Position numbers and translations under genes: made by a program
DNA from: Bacillota bacterium
Lineage (GTDB): Bacteria > Bacillota > Sulfobacillia > JAJZYS01 > JAJYTV01
Length of the DNA stretch: 64,000 bases
Direction: 5' to 3'
NCBI GenBank assembly: GCA_021799275.1
Contig: JAJZAT010000002.1
Location: forward strand, 1,293 to 65,292
Notes under the pieces: generated by a model
Databases searched by the model: none
Told to the model about the DNA's origin: nothing
What the model saw: the letters and a program-made list of their open reading frames with translations, nothing else
Shown here: piece by piece, positions 45,210-54,500 of the stretch
Layout of the letters: the number at the start of each line of letters is the position of its first letter
Numbering within the stretch: position 1 is the first letter of the stretch

Positions 45210-45793
45210 CGGCGGCGCAGCCGCAGCCAGAAGAAGGCTACGACGATCACGACGGCCAGGAGGCCGAGGAGCAGGTTGTAATGGCTCAGCAGCGGCTCGA
45301 TCCGAGGCAGTGTCGCCGCGAAGCGCACGCCGATCCAGATCAGGAACGCCGTCCAGGGCAGGGCGCCCAAGAACGTGAAGACGGTGAACGAGCCCGCGTT
45401 CATGCGGGCGAAGCCTGCTGGCCAGGAGATGAAGGTGCGCAGGAGCGGCAGGAATCGCCCGAAAAACACCGTCCATGGTCCGAAGCGGTCGAACCAGCGC
45501 TCGGCATGGCCGAGCGAACGCTCGTCCAGGAACACCCAGCGCCCGTAGCGCAGCGCCAGGGGCCGACCGCCGTAGTAGCCGATGGCGTAGCCGATCCAGC
45601 TGCCGACGGTCTGCATCGCCGCCATGAGCACCACCCCTGGCCAGAAGCCGAAGGCGCCTCTCGCGACCAGGACGCCGAACACCGGCAGGATGATCTCGGA
45701 CGGCACGGGAATGCCGAGACTCTCCAGGATCATGGCGAACGCGAGCCCCAGGGGTCCGAGCTGGTTCCAGATCGATGTGGTGTGCAGTCTCAG
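45206..45793 (-). CDS. DedA family membrane protein
   Basis: MILESLGIPVPSEIILP, GYYGGR, WFDRFG, FFGRFLPLLRTFISWPAG. Start proposed at CTG 45793; the first ATG is at 45733. Confidence 0.88.
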   Translation of the reverse strand: MRLHTTSIWNQLGPLGLAFAMILESLGIPVPSEIILPVFGVLVARGAFGFWPGVVLMAAMQTVGSWIGYAIGYYGGRPLALRYGRWVFLDERSLGHAERWFDRFGPWTVFFGRFLPLLRTFISWPAGFARMNAGSFTVFTFLGALPWTAFLIWIGVRFAATLPRIEPLLSHYNLLLGLLAVVIVVAFFWLRLRRR

Positions 45794-45828
45794 CGGCCGG
45801 GGGGCCTACCTCCTCGCTTCGTGGGAAG

Positions 45829-46296
45829 CTACTGTTCGCGCCGGGCGGTCTCCTTCCCTGCTGAGGCCGCCGGCGGGGCAAGGCTGCGGGATACGGTCAG
45901 GACGAGCGCGATGCCCACGCCGATCGCAGCCGCCCAGTAAAGGGTCTCGACACCGATGGCCGCGCCGCTCACATAGTCGCCGCGCAGCAGGGCGTACATG
46001 GCCCGGTAGGCGAGAAGCCCTGGTACCAGTGGTATGAGTCCCGGCATGAGGTAGACGGTGGCCGGGGCACGGCGCACGCGCGCGAGGATCTCGCTCAGGC
46101 CGCCCGCGGCCACGGCCGCCAGCAGGACCTGGGCGATCGCGTGCAGGCCCACGGCGCCGGCGGCGGCGTAGACGAAGCCCGAGAGCAGGCCGGCGAGACC
46201 GGCGAAGAACAGATCCCTTCGCGGCACGCGGATCAGCACCGCGAACGCGAAGGCGCCCATGGCGCCCGAGAGTGCCGAGAGCAGCATCAGGTCCAC
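45829..46296 (-). CDS. ThrE_2/YjjB-like exporter subunit
   Basis: FAVLIRVPRR, RRAPATVYLMPGLIPLVPG. Confidence 0.82.
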   Translation of the reverse strand: MDLMLLSALSGAMGAFAFAVLIRVPRRDLFFAGLAGLLSGFVYAAAGAVGLHAIAQVLLAAVAAGGLSEILARVRRAPATVYLMPGLIPLVPGLLAYRAMYALLRGDYVSGAAIGVETLYWAAAIGVGIALVLTVSRSLAPPAASAGKETARREQ

Positions 46297-47045
46297 CCCA
46301 GGGCGATGCCCGCCGCCACCGCAACGGCGGCCCCTGCGGCCAGCGCGCCGGCGATGGTCAGTGCCTCAAGGCCGCCCGCGGCGGCAGAGAGAAAGTCCCC
46401 CGCGAGGAGGTCGCGCAGCACGCCGGTGAGCGCGAGGCCGGGCACGAGCACGATGAGGCCGCCGGCCACGATGACTCCGGCGTTCTGGCGCCAGAGCGCG
46501 GCCCCGGCGATGCCGACCAGGCCCACGGCGAAGCCCGAGACCGCGAGCGAGAAGAAGCGCCCGGCAAAGCGCCCCGTAGGGTGGCGGCGCATCACGACGG
46601 TAAACATGCCGCCGAGGGCGGCAAGGACCGCCTCGATGTGCGTCGCCCCGATGAACCAGGCATAGGCGGAACAGGCCACGGCTCCGGCCAGAAGGTCGGT
46701 GCCGAGGCCATAGGGGGAGTCCTGCGCCTTGAGGCCGGCGATCGCTTGCAGGCATTCGGGCGGCGTCACATCGCCGTGTTCCGCGGCTCGCGCCAAGCTA
46801 TTGAGCGACGCCAGGCGGCCGAGATCGGTCGAGCGGCTGCGCACGCGCCTCACACCGGTCTCATGGCCACCGGGGCCTTCGACCGTGACGAAGAGCCCCG
46901 GTGGCGTCACGAAGACATCCACCGCTCCGCAATGGAACCCGCTTCCCGCCCGCTCGACGGCCTCTTCCACGCGGTAGGGCTCCGCCCCAGCCTCGAGAAG
47001 CGCGGCCGCCAGAGCGAGCAGTGCGGCTAGCGGCGACTCGTTCAA
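46287..47045 (-). CDS. ThrE/YjjP-like exporter subunit
   Basis: LLEAGAEPYRVEE, DLGRLASLNSLAR, LVPGLALTGVLRDLLAGD. TTG overlaps the gabT stop. Confidence 0.85.
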   Translation of the reverse strand: MNESPLAALLALAAALLEAGAEPYRVEEAVERAGSGFHCGAVDVFVTPPGLFVTVEGPGGHETGVRRVRSRSTDLGRLASLNSLARAAEHGDVTPPECLQAIAGLKAQDSPYGLGTDLLAGAVACSAYAWFIGATHIEAVLAALGGMFTVVMRRHPTGRFAGRFFSLAVSGFAVGLVGIAGAALWRQNAGVIVAGGLIVLVPGLALTGVLRDLLAGDFLSAAAGGLEALTIAGALAAGAAVAVAAGIALGWT

Positions 47046-48379
47046 CCCTCGAGCAACGCTGCCTCCACGACGTCGAGCGCCTCTTCGAGCACCTCGGGCG
47101 GCGTCGTGAGGGGCTGCAGGAAGCGGAACACGTTGCCGTAGATGCCGGCCGTGAGCATGAGCACGCCGCGCTCCATGGCGCGCTGGACCACGCGCTGCGT
47201 CAGCTCCGGGTTCGGCTCCTTGGTGTGGCGGTCGGTGACGAGTTCCACGGCCACCATCGAGCCGAGGCCGCGCACCTCGCCGACGTAGGGGCTCTTCGCC
47301 TGCATCTCGCCGAGCCGGCGCTGCAGGAGTTCGGCCTGGCGCTGTGCCTGACCGAGGATGTCGTCCTGGTCGAACGCGTCGAGGACCGCGTTTGCGGCGG
47401 CGGTGGCCAAGGGGTTGCCGACGTAGGTGCCGCCGATCTGCGAGGGGCCCGGGGCGTCCATGATCTCCTTGCATCCCATCACGCCCGAGAGCGGCACGCC
47501 GTTCGCGATCGACTTCGCCATCGTCAGGATGTCGGGGCGGATGCCGGAGTACTCGGTCGCCCAGAAGCGGCCCGTGCGGCCGTAGCCCGTCTGCACCTCG
47601 TCCACGATCAGGAGGATGCCGTGTTCTTCCGTGAAGCGCCGCAGCCACGGCAGGAAGTTCGGCGGCGGCACCACAAACCCGCCTTCGCCCTGCACCGGCT
47701 CGACGATCACCGCGGCGACGTCCTCCGGCGCCACCTGCGTCACGAGCGCACGCTCGATGCGTGCGTAGCAGCGCTCGTCGCAGACGTGGTTCTCATCCTG
47801 CGCCATGTCGCAGCGGTAGGAGTACGGGAACGGCACGCGGTAGACCTCGGGGGCGTATGGTCCCATCTTGGCCTTGTAGGGGTGGACCTTGCTCGTCAGG
47901 GTCATCGCCATGAGGGTGCGGCCGTGGAAGGCCCCCTCGAACGAGATGATGCCCTTGCGGCCCGTGGCGACGCGGGCGATCTTGACGGCGTTCTCCACCG
48001 CCTCGGCCCCCGAGTTGAACAGGATCACGCGGGCCTCGCCGCCGCCGGGGAACGTCTTGTCGATGCGCTCCGCCACCCGCGCGTAGCTCTCGTAGGGGAT
48101 GTTCGTGAAGTCGGTGTGCAGGAAGCGCTCCACCTGCTCATGCAGGGCCGCCACGACACGCGGGTTGCGGTGACCGATGTTCTGCACGCCGACGCCGCCC
48201 GTGAGGTCGATGAAGGTGTTGCCGTCGATGTCGTGCACGAGGGCGTTCTCCGCGCGGTCCACGACCGGCAGCGAAACCGAGACGGCCCGCGGCGTCGCCG
48301 CGTGGATGCGGCGGTGGATCTCCTGGCTCTTGGGGCCTGGCACGGCGGTACGGATGTCGATGAAGCGGGTCTTCTGCAT
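47042..48379 (-). CDS. gabT: 4-aminobutyrate:2-oxoglutarate aminotransferase
   Basis: VPGPKS, FNSGAEAVENAVKIAR, FHGRTL.AMTLTSKVHPYK, EPVQGEGGF, DEVQTG, AKSIA, GGTY.GNP. Confidence 0.88.
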   Translation of the reverse strand: MQKTRFIDIRTAVPGPKSQEIHRRIHAATPRAVSVSLPVVDRAENALVHDIDGNTFIDLTGGVGVQNIGHRNPRVVAALHEQVERFLHTDFTNIPYESYARVAERIDKTFPGGGEARVILFNSGAEAVENAVKIARVATGRKGIISFEGAFHGRTLMAMTLTSKVHPYKAKMGPYAPEVYRVPFPYSYRCDMAQDENHVCDERCYARIERALVTQVAPEDVAAVIVEPVQGEGGFVVPPPNFLPWLRRFTEEHGILLIVDEVQTGYGRTGRFWATEYSGIRPDILTMAKSIANGVPLSGVMGCKEIMDAPGPSQIGGTYVGNPLATAAANAVLDAFDQDDILGQAQRQAELLQRRLGEMQAKSPYVGEVRGLGSMVAVELVTDRHTKEPNPELTQRVVQRAMERGVLMLTAGIYGNVFRFLQPLTTPPEVLEEALDVVEAALLEG

Positions 48380-48459
48380 CGGGATCCCTCCATGGCGACG
48401 GGTAAATCATGCCGGAGCCTTCGGGGCCATAGCGTGGTCACGAAGGCGGGGTGCGACGG

Positions 48460-48729
48460 ATGCGGGAACCTGCGGTCATGGGCATGGTGGCCTTGCGCTA
48501 CCTGTCGGCGACGGTGGAACTGGTGGCGGCCACCTTGATGCTGAGGTCCGGAAAGGTGGCGACGGCTGTTTCGATCAACGCCGCCTTGGGTCTCTTCGGG
48601 CCCCTGCTCTTTGTGGTCGTGTCGGCGATCGGGATCTGGGGCCTCGCCCAGGGGCACGACGTCTCCTGGACGAGGCTCGCCCTGATCGGCCTAGGCGTCC
48701 TGCTGATCGTCTATTCGGCCACCCGCTAG
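48460..48729 (+). CDS. yqhV: YqhV family (DUF2619) sporulation-associated membrane protein
   Basis: GMVALRYLSATVELVAATLML...INAALGLFGP; three TM helices. Confidence 0.75.
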   Translation: MREPAVMGMVALRYLSATVELVAATLMLRSGKVATAVSINAALGLFGPLLFVVVSAIGIWGLAQGHDVSWTRLALIGLGVLLIVYSATR

Positions 48730-48890
48730 AGCGGCCTCGGCGATCGGCTGGACTGCAGCGCATCGCGCTGGACGCGCCGCTGACAGGCTTCGCAGACGTA
48801 GGGTCCGCCACTCTGACGCAGGCGCTCGTGCGCTTCGGACCACTTCTCGACCGTCTCCGGCCGTCCGCAGATCGAACAGCGCACCTCCAT
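48726..48890 (-). CDS. Small Zn-ribbon protein, YlaI/DUF2197-like
   Basis: MEVRCSICG...YVCEACQRRV; SD GAGGGG upstream. Confidence 0.65.
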   Translation of the reverse strand: MEVRCSICGRPETVEKWSEAHERLRQSGGPYVCEACQRRVQRDALQSSRSPRPL

Positions 48891-48903
48891 CGCTTCTACC
48901 CCC

Positions 48904-49782
48904 TCAGGACGGGGAGAGTGCCGACTGGAGCAGTTCCACCAGCCGAACCGCGTCCTGGATGTGTAGTCTCTCCTGATCTCCGCCACGATAGCGGACCGCC
49001 AGCGCGAGCGACCTCGCGAGGATGCCCGCGGGCAACAGGAGCGACGCCAGGACGGGTTCCTGCGCGCGCACCAGGCATCGAACCCCGGCCATCCGGGCCA
49101 GTGACGCTGGCCTGGCGTACCCGGCCGCACGCGCGAATTCAAGCGGCCCCGCGCCCATCTCGCTTCCATCCTCCTCTAGGACGGCGTCGAGCGCAACCCC
49201 CACGGGGCGCCTCAGACGGAAAAGGAGCTCCTGGCCACCCCGACCGGCGATGCCGGTGCGGGCCAAGGCGACCAGCGTGAAGTCGGGCAGCTCGGCAAGG
49301 GCGGCGAGTGCAGCCGCCTGCAGCGCGCGCGTGCCGATTCCTGGTCCGACCAGGTAGGCGCCGGCCACGCGGCGCTGGGCCGAATAGGTGAACACGGTTC
49401 CCGGTTCGGGCGTACCCACCAGGGGCTCGAGCAGCAGTCCCCGCTCGCCTGCCCGCAGCACCGCCTTCCCGCCCTGACGGCTCTGCACGACGTGTCTGTC
49501 GAGCTCCTGCGGGGGCAAGGAGGTGCCGAGCACTGCCGCCCCACGGCCGTCCGGGCCGGCGCCCGTCGCGGCGAAGGTCGGTTCATCCAGGGCAAGGAGG
49601 ACAACGCTGCCGCCCTCTCCGCGGCGAGCGCTCAAGTTCCCCACCGGGTCGACCGCGACCTCGGCGCCCATGGCCTCGAGCTGCGCGGTCAGGATGGCGC
49701 GCAAGGGCCCTTCGTCACCGGAAGGCGCCTGCGGCGGCAGGAGATCGGCAAGCAGCGGAGTGAAGCGGTCAGTCGTGGCCAC
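48904..49782 (-). CDS. Degenerate M42 (TET) peptidase-like protein, probably inactive
   Basis: APSGDE, DPVGNL, LALDEP, DGSEMGAG, RY...ERLH..D; most metal ligands are missing. GTG follows GGAGG. Confidence 0.7.
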   Translation of the reverse strand: MATTDRFTPLLADLLPPQAPSGDEGPLRAILTAQLEAMGAEVAVDPVGNLSARRGEGGSVVLLALDEPTFAATGAGPDGRGAAVLGTSLPPQELDRHVVQSRQGGKAVLRAGERGLLLEPLVGTPEPGTVFTYSAQRRVAGAYLVGPGIGTRALQAAALAALAELPDFTLVALARTGIAGRGGQELLFRLRRPVGVALDAVLEEDGSEMGAGPLEFARAAGYARPASLARMAGVRCLVRAQEPVLASLLLPAGILARSLALAVRYRGGDQERLHIQDAVRLVELLQSALSPS

Positions 49783-50785
49783 GCACCTCCCGAACGTTCT
49801 CGAGGAACCGCTGCAGCAGGCTGCGGGCTGCCGCCAGGTCGCGCAGCGAGATGAGCGATACGGGCGCGTGCAGGTAGCGGCAGGGAACCGACACGGCCGC
49901 GGATCTGTAGCCCTGAAGCCATGCCGCACCCGCCTCGTTGCCGCCGCCGATGCCCCTGCGCCACTGCCAAGGCACTTCCGCGGCCGCCCCGGCACGCGCC
50001 AGGGCCTCGCGCAGACCCTCGTCCGCCCGCGAGGAGCGGTCGAGCGTCGTAAGGGCGGGCCCGTCGCCAACGCGGGTGCCGCGTCCTGGGGGAGCGTCCG
50101 GCGTGTCGGCCGCCGCCGTGGCCTCGAGCGCCAGGACGAGATCCGGCCGCACGGCGCGCAGGGCCACCTGGGCCCCGCGCAGCCCGACTTCCTCCTGCAC
50201 GGTGAAGGCGACGTGCAGCGGGAAGTCCCAGGTGTGGCGGAGCATCTCGAGCGCAAGCCAGACGCCGGCGCGGTCGTCGAAGGCCTTGCCGATCGCGCTG
50301 CTGCCGTCCGGTGAGACGCGGTAGGGCGTGTCGAACGTGATCATCTCGCCGACTGGCGCGAGCGACTTGGCAGTGTTCGCGTCCGCGGCGCCGATGTCGA
50401 CGTAGAGGTCGTCGTACTTGGCTGTCGCCAGCCCCTCGCCGCGATGAAAGTGATTCGGCGGCCGGCCGATGGCGCCAGGCAGGCCGGCGGCGCCGACCAG
50501 CACGGACTTGCCGGCGACCGCGGACGGCGGCACGCCGCCCCAGGCGCGGATGCGCAGGCGCCCGTCGGGGGTGTGGCCGGTGACCATCAGCCCGACCTCG
50601 TCCATGTGCGCCAGCAGCAGGACCCGCGGTCCGGGACGGTCCTGGCCCTGCGCCACAAGCAGGTTGCCCATGCGGTCGACCGCCAGGGAATCGAGATCCG
50701 AGGGCAGGGCCGACCGCACGAGCTCCCGCACCTGCTCCTCGCGGCCGCTCGTGCCGCGGGCGAGGCAAAGCTCCTTCAGATCCAT
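49769..50785 (-). CDS. M42 family aminopeptidase
   Basis: AHMDEVG, KAFDDRAG, VQEEVGLRGA, LEAT, RYLHAP. Confidence 0.92.
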   Translation of the reverse strand: MDLKELCLARGTSGREEQVRELVRSALPSDLDSLAVDRMGNLLVAQGQDRPGPRVLLLAHMDEVGLMVTGHTPDGRLRIRAWGGVPPSAVAGKSVLVGAAGLPGAIGRPPNHFHRGEGLATAKYDDLYVDIGAADANTAKSLAPVGEMITFDTPYRVSPDGSSAIGKAFDDRAGVWLALEMLRHTWDFPLHVAFTVQEEVGLRGAQVALRAVRPDLVLALEATAAADTPDAPPGRGTRVGDGPALTTLDRSSRADEGLREALARAGAAAEVPWQWRRGIGGGNEAGAAWLQGYRSAAVSVPCRYLHAPVSLISLRDLAAARSLLQRFLENVREVRGHD

Positions 50786-51807
50786 GCCGTACCCCCCTTT
50801 CCGGCGTGGTCCCAGCTCAGAGGGGAACGCGCGAGGGCCGCGAGCAGATGGCCACAGGAGGCAACGTCCCGGATCGACACGACCTCCTGGGGCGAGTGCA
50901 TGGAGGTCAGGGGGATCGAGAGCAGGGCCGTTGGCACACCGAGGCCGGCCACCTGCAGGCGCCAGCCATCCGTGCCGGAATCGCCGGGCAGCGGCTCGCG
51001 CTGGCAGGCGATGCCCTCGGCCGCCGCGGTGGACTCGAGCCAGCGGTGAAGTCCCGGCGGCACGTTCGGCCCGATGCCGACGGCGGCGCCCTGGCCGAGC
51101 AGCGGCAGATCGGGCTCGGCCACCTCCGGCTGCTGGCCGAAGGTGACGTCGAGCACCACCGCGGCATCGGGCTGCGTCTCGCGGCAGAGGTAGGCGGCGC
51201 CGCTCCGGCCCGTCTCCTCCTGCACGGTGAAGGCGGCGAGCACGGTGACGGGCAGGTCCTCCCCCTGCAGTTCCTCGAGCGCCAGGGCGATCGCCGCGAC
51301 CGACGCGCGGTCGTCGAGGCCCGCGGCGCAGAAGCGATCCTCGCCGAGAAGGCGCGGCACCGTGGCGAAGTAGACGGGCTCCCCTACCGCGGGCAGGTCT
51401 TGCGCGGGGCCGAAGTCGATGTAGAGATCCTTCTCGCCTTCCTTGACTTCGACGCCGCTCTGGCGCAAGTGCGGCGGCAGCATGCCGACGACGCCGTGCC
51501 GCCCCTTGGCCTCCACCTCGAGCGCGGGCAGGCACACAGGATCGATGGCGGGCGCGGCGAAGCGGGCGAAACCTCCCGGGAGATGTTTGCTCAGCCATAG
51601 CGCCACCTGGTCGGCGTGCGCCGTGAAGAGCAGGCGCGGAGCGCCCGGCGGACCGTCACGCCAGAGCAGGAGATTGCCCGCGGCGTCCGTTTCGCTGCGG
51701 TCGAAGGACGGGGCGAGCAACCGGCGAAGCTCGTCGAACACGACCTCCTCGTGACCCGAGGCGGCCCGTAGGGCCGTCAAACGCTCGAGCCACTCGACAG
51801 CGGTCAC
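50776..51807 (-). CDS. M42 family aminopeptidase
   Basis: AHADQV, GLDDRAS, VQEETG, LDVT, SGTDG, MHSPQE. Confidence 0.9.
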   Translation of the reverse strand: MTAVEWLERLTALRAASGHEEVVFDELRRLLAPSFDRSETDAAGNLLLWRDGPPGAPRLLFTAHADQVALWLSKHLPGGFARFAAPAIDPVCLPALEVEAKGRHGVVGMLPPHLRQSGVEVKEGEKDLYIDFGPAQDLPAVGEPVYFATVPRLLGEDRFCAAGLDDRASVAAIALALEELQGEDLPVTVLAAFTVQEETGRSGAAYLCRETQPDAAVVLDVTFGQQPEVAEPDLPLLGQGAAVGIGPNVPPGLHRWLESTAAAEGIACQREPLPGDSGTDGWRLQVAGLGVPTALLSIPLTSMHSPQEVVSIRDVASCGHLLAALARSPLSWDHAGKGGTAWI

Positions 51808-52949
51808 TCGGTCTCCTCCCAGGCCTTGGCCGCTTGGTTGCCCGCCTCGGGGATCGCCACCGCACGGCCGTGCCTGGCGAGGACGCGGCCGATCGACGCG
51901 ACCGTGCGGAGCACGGGCTGAAGCCGGGCGCTCTCGCCCATCGTGCCGATACGCCAGGCCTTGCCCTCCCAGGGGCCGAGGCCGCCGGCGATCTCGACGC
52001 CTTCCGCGAACAGCAGTTCCTTGCGCAGTTCGGCCTCGTCGAGTCCCCCGGGGGGGGCGACGACGGTGAGGGACGGCAACAGGTCCACCGCGGCCACGCG
52101 CGACTCGAGCCCCAGGACGGCGAGGCCGGCGCGAAGCGCGGTGCTGGCCTTGCGGTGGCGTGCGAAGCGCCCGGGCAGCCCCTCCTCGCGCAGGTCGCGA
52201 AGAGCCTCCGCGAGCGCGAAGATCATGCTGATCGGGGCCGTGTGGTGGTAGAGCCGCTCGCTGCCGAGATACTGGCTGATCAGCCCGAGATCGAAGTACC
52301 AGCTGCGCGCCTCGCCCTGGCTCTGCGCGAGCCCGTCCCGGACGGTGATCGGGCCGAGGCCGGGAGGTGCACCAAGGCATTTCTGGCTGCCGCTGTAGAC
52401 GATCGCGGCGCCCCAGGCATCGGCGTGGACCGGCAGGCCACCCAGGGACGTGACCGCGTCCACGATGAGGTCTGCGCCATATTCCTTGCACAGGGCGGCG
52501 ATGGCGTCGACGTCCGAGCGCACGCCGGTCGAGGTTTCCGCCTGCACGACAGCCACGACATCCGGGGCGACTTCCTGCATGCGCCTGCGCGCCACCTCGG
52601 GGTCCACCGGACTGCCGAACGGGAAGGACTCGAGGGTCAAATCGGCGCCGTAACGCCGCACCATGGCTGCGATGCGCTCGCCGAACACGCCACAGCTCAG
52701 CACCAGGACCTTGCGCCCGGGCCTGCAGAGCGTCACGACGGCCGTCTCCATGGCGGCGGAGCCGGTGCCGGAGATCGGGAACGTCAATGCGGCGGAGCTT
52801 TCGAAGACGACGCGCAGGTCGTCTTGCAACCGGTCCAGTTCCTCGAGGAAGCGCGGATCGAGGTGCCCGAGCAGGGGACGGGCCATGGCGGAGCGGACAC
52901 GGTGGCTGACGGGGCTGGGTCCGGGGCCCATCAAGAGAACTTCGTTCAT
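51804..52949 (-). CDS. Class V aminotransferase (alanine-glyoxylate/serine-pyruvate type)
   Basis: LMGPGPS, SGTGSAAME, ETSTG, DAVTSLGG, SQKCLG, YHHTAP, RIGTMG. Confidence 0.9.
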   Translation of the reverse strand: MNEVLLMGPGPSPVSHRVRSAMARPLLGHLDPRFLEELDRLQDDLRVVFESSAALTFPISGTGSAAMETAVVTLCRPGRKVLVLSCGVFGERIAAMVRRYGADLTLESFPFGSPVDPEVARRRMQEVAPDVVAVVQAETSTGVRSDVDAIAALCKEYGADLIVDAVTSLGGLPVHADAWGAAIVYSGSQKCLGAPPGLGPITVRDGLAQSQGEARSWYFDLGLISQYLGSERLYHHTAPISMIFALAEALRDLREEGLPGRFARHRKASTALRAGLAVLGLESRVAAVDLLPSLTVVAPPGGLDEAELRKELLFAEGVEIAGGLGPWEGKAWRIGTMGESARLQPVLRTVASIGRVLARHGRAVAIPEAGNQAAKAWEETE

Positions 52950-53977
52950 TGCATCTGCCGCAGGTCGGAGCTCGGCGTGACGCCGGGAATGCGGCCACGC
53001 TTGGCGAGCGGCCGGCCCGCTACCTCCTTGATGTCCATAGTCATCTCGAGCGGCGGAGCGACGGCGATGTAGTGCCCGACGCCGAAAGCATCGGCGCCGG
53101 CGGCCGACAGGTCGCGGATGCGGTCCGGGCTGAGGCCGCCGGAGACGAAGATGCGGACGTGACCGAGACCCGCCTGATCGAGGCGAGCGCGCATCTCGCG
53201 CACGAGCTCGGTGGTGACGCCACCCCGCTCGGACGGCGTGTCCAGACGGATGCCCTCGAGCGCCTTGCCAAGTGCCTCCCCCACCCGCAACGCCTCGACC
53301 GTTTCGTCCTGGAAGGTGTCGACCAGGACGGTGCGGCCGCCGGGGGGCGCCGTCTGAAGCTGCAGCTTCGCGACCTCGAGCGTGTCGCCGATGATCAGCG
53401 CGGCCGCGTGCGGGACGGTGCCTGACGCCTCGATGCCGAGAAGACGCGCGCCGAGCACGCTGGAACAGCCGTCGGCACCGCCGAGCACCGCGGCCGCGTC
53501 CATGACCGACGCGATCGCGGGATGCACGTGGCGCGCGCCGAACGAGATGACAGGCCGGCTGCCCGCGGCCTCCTTGCAGGCCCTGGCGGCGGTGGCCCAG
53601 CCCGAGGATGCCGCCAGGATGCCGAGAAGGGCGGTCTCGAAGATGCCGAAGGCGCTGTACTTGCCCTGCAGGCGCAGCACGACGTCCTTGGTGTGGATCT
53701 CGCTGCCGTCCGCCAGCCCCCAGAGCTGCACCGGCCGGTCCTTCAGCAGGGCGCGCACCTCCGCCATGCCGGCGAGGATGCCGTCGCCCCGGCCGAACAC
53801 CTCGGCCACCACCTCGGTGTCCTCGCGGCCCGCCAGACGGAGGATATCAAAGGTCTTCTGGAAGTAGACGTCCGAGGTCGCGCCCTCGAGGATCTCCTCG
53901 TGCGTCGCGGATCGGAGCCGGTCCTTGTCCACCTGGAAACCAGCGACATCCTGCATCGAGCGCAGCAAGCTACTCAC
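52946..53977 (-). CDS. pncB: Nicotinate phosphoribosyltransferase
   Basis: SDVYF, SFGARHVHP, GTVPHA, LVDTF, IRLDTP, VSGG, FGVG, AKRG. Confidence 0.88.
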   Translation of the reverse strand: MSSLLRSMQDVAGFQVDKDRLRSATHEEILEGATSDVYFQKTFDILRLAGREDTEVVAEVFGRGDGILAGMAEVRALLKDRPVQLWGLADGSEIHTKDVVLRLQGKYSAFGIFETALLGILAASSGWATAARACKEAAGSRPVISFGARHVHPAIASVMDAAAVLGGADGCSSVLGARLLGIEASGTVPHAAALIIGDTLEVAKLQLQTAPPGGRTVLVDTFQDETVEALRVGEALGKALEGIRLDTPSERGGVTTELVREMRARLDQAGLGHVRIFVSGGLSPDRIRDLSAAGADAFGVGHYIAVAPPLEMTMDIKEVAGRPLAKRGRIPGVTPSSDLRQMQ

Positions 53978-54500
53978 CTGTCCCCTCGAGGCTTGCCTTG
54001 AGCACGTCACGGATCTGGCCGAGGGCAAACCCGTGCGCTGCGGAGTCGAACGAGGCCACGGCATCCGTCGGAACGGTCACGTCGTACCCGCGCATGCGGG
54101 CGTCAGCCGTCGTGTACAGAACGCAGATGTTGGTGCAGACGCCGACGATGCGCAAGGCGTCCGACCGGTTCTCGCGCAGCCAGAGATCCAGGTCGGTGCC
54201 GAAGAAGGCCGAAAAGCGGCGCTTGGGCACGATGCGGTCGCCAGGCTCGGGACGCAGCTCGGGCACGATCTCGGCGCCCCAGGTCCCTTCAAGGCAATGC
54301 GGCGGATAGAGCCCGAACTCGGCGTCATCGGGACGGTGCGCGTCGCAGGCGTAGACGACCTCCATGCCCCGGGCGCGCGCCGCCGCGATCTCCCTCGCGA
54401 TGGCCGGAAGAACGGCACGTCCCGCCTCGCCGCAGTTGAGCAGGCCCCTGAGGTCGAGAAAGTCGTTGAGGCAGTCCACGACCAGCAGCGTGGACTTCAT
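53970..54500 (-). CDS. pncA: Nicotinamidase / isochorismatase-family cysteine hydrolase
   Basis: VVDCLNDF, DAH, PPHC, KRRFSAF, GVCTNICV. Coupled to pncB. Confidence 0.8.
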   Translation of the reverse strand: MKSTLLVVDCLNDFLDLRGLLNCGEAGRAVLPAIAREIAAARARGMEVVYACDAHRPDDAEFGLYPPHCLEGTWGAEIVPELRPEPGDRIVPKRRFSAFFGTDLDLWLRENRSDALRIVGVCTNICVLYTTADARMRGYDVTVPTDAVASFDSAAHGFALGQIRDVLKASLEGTGE

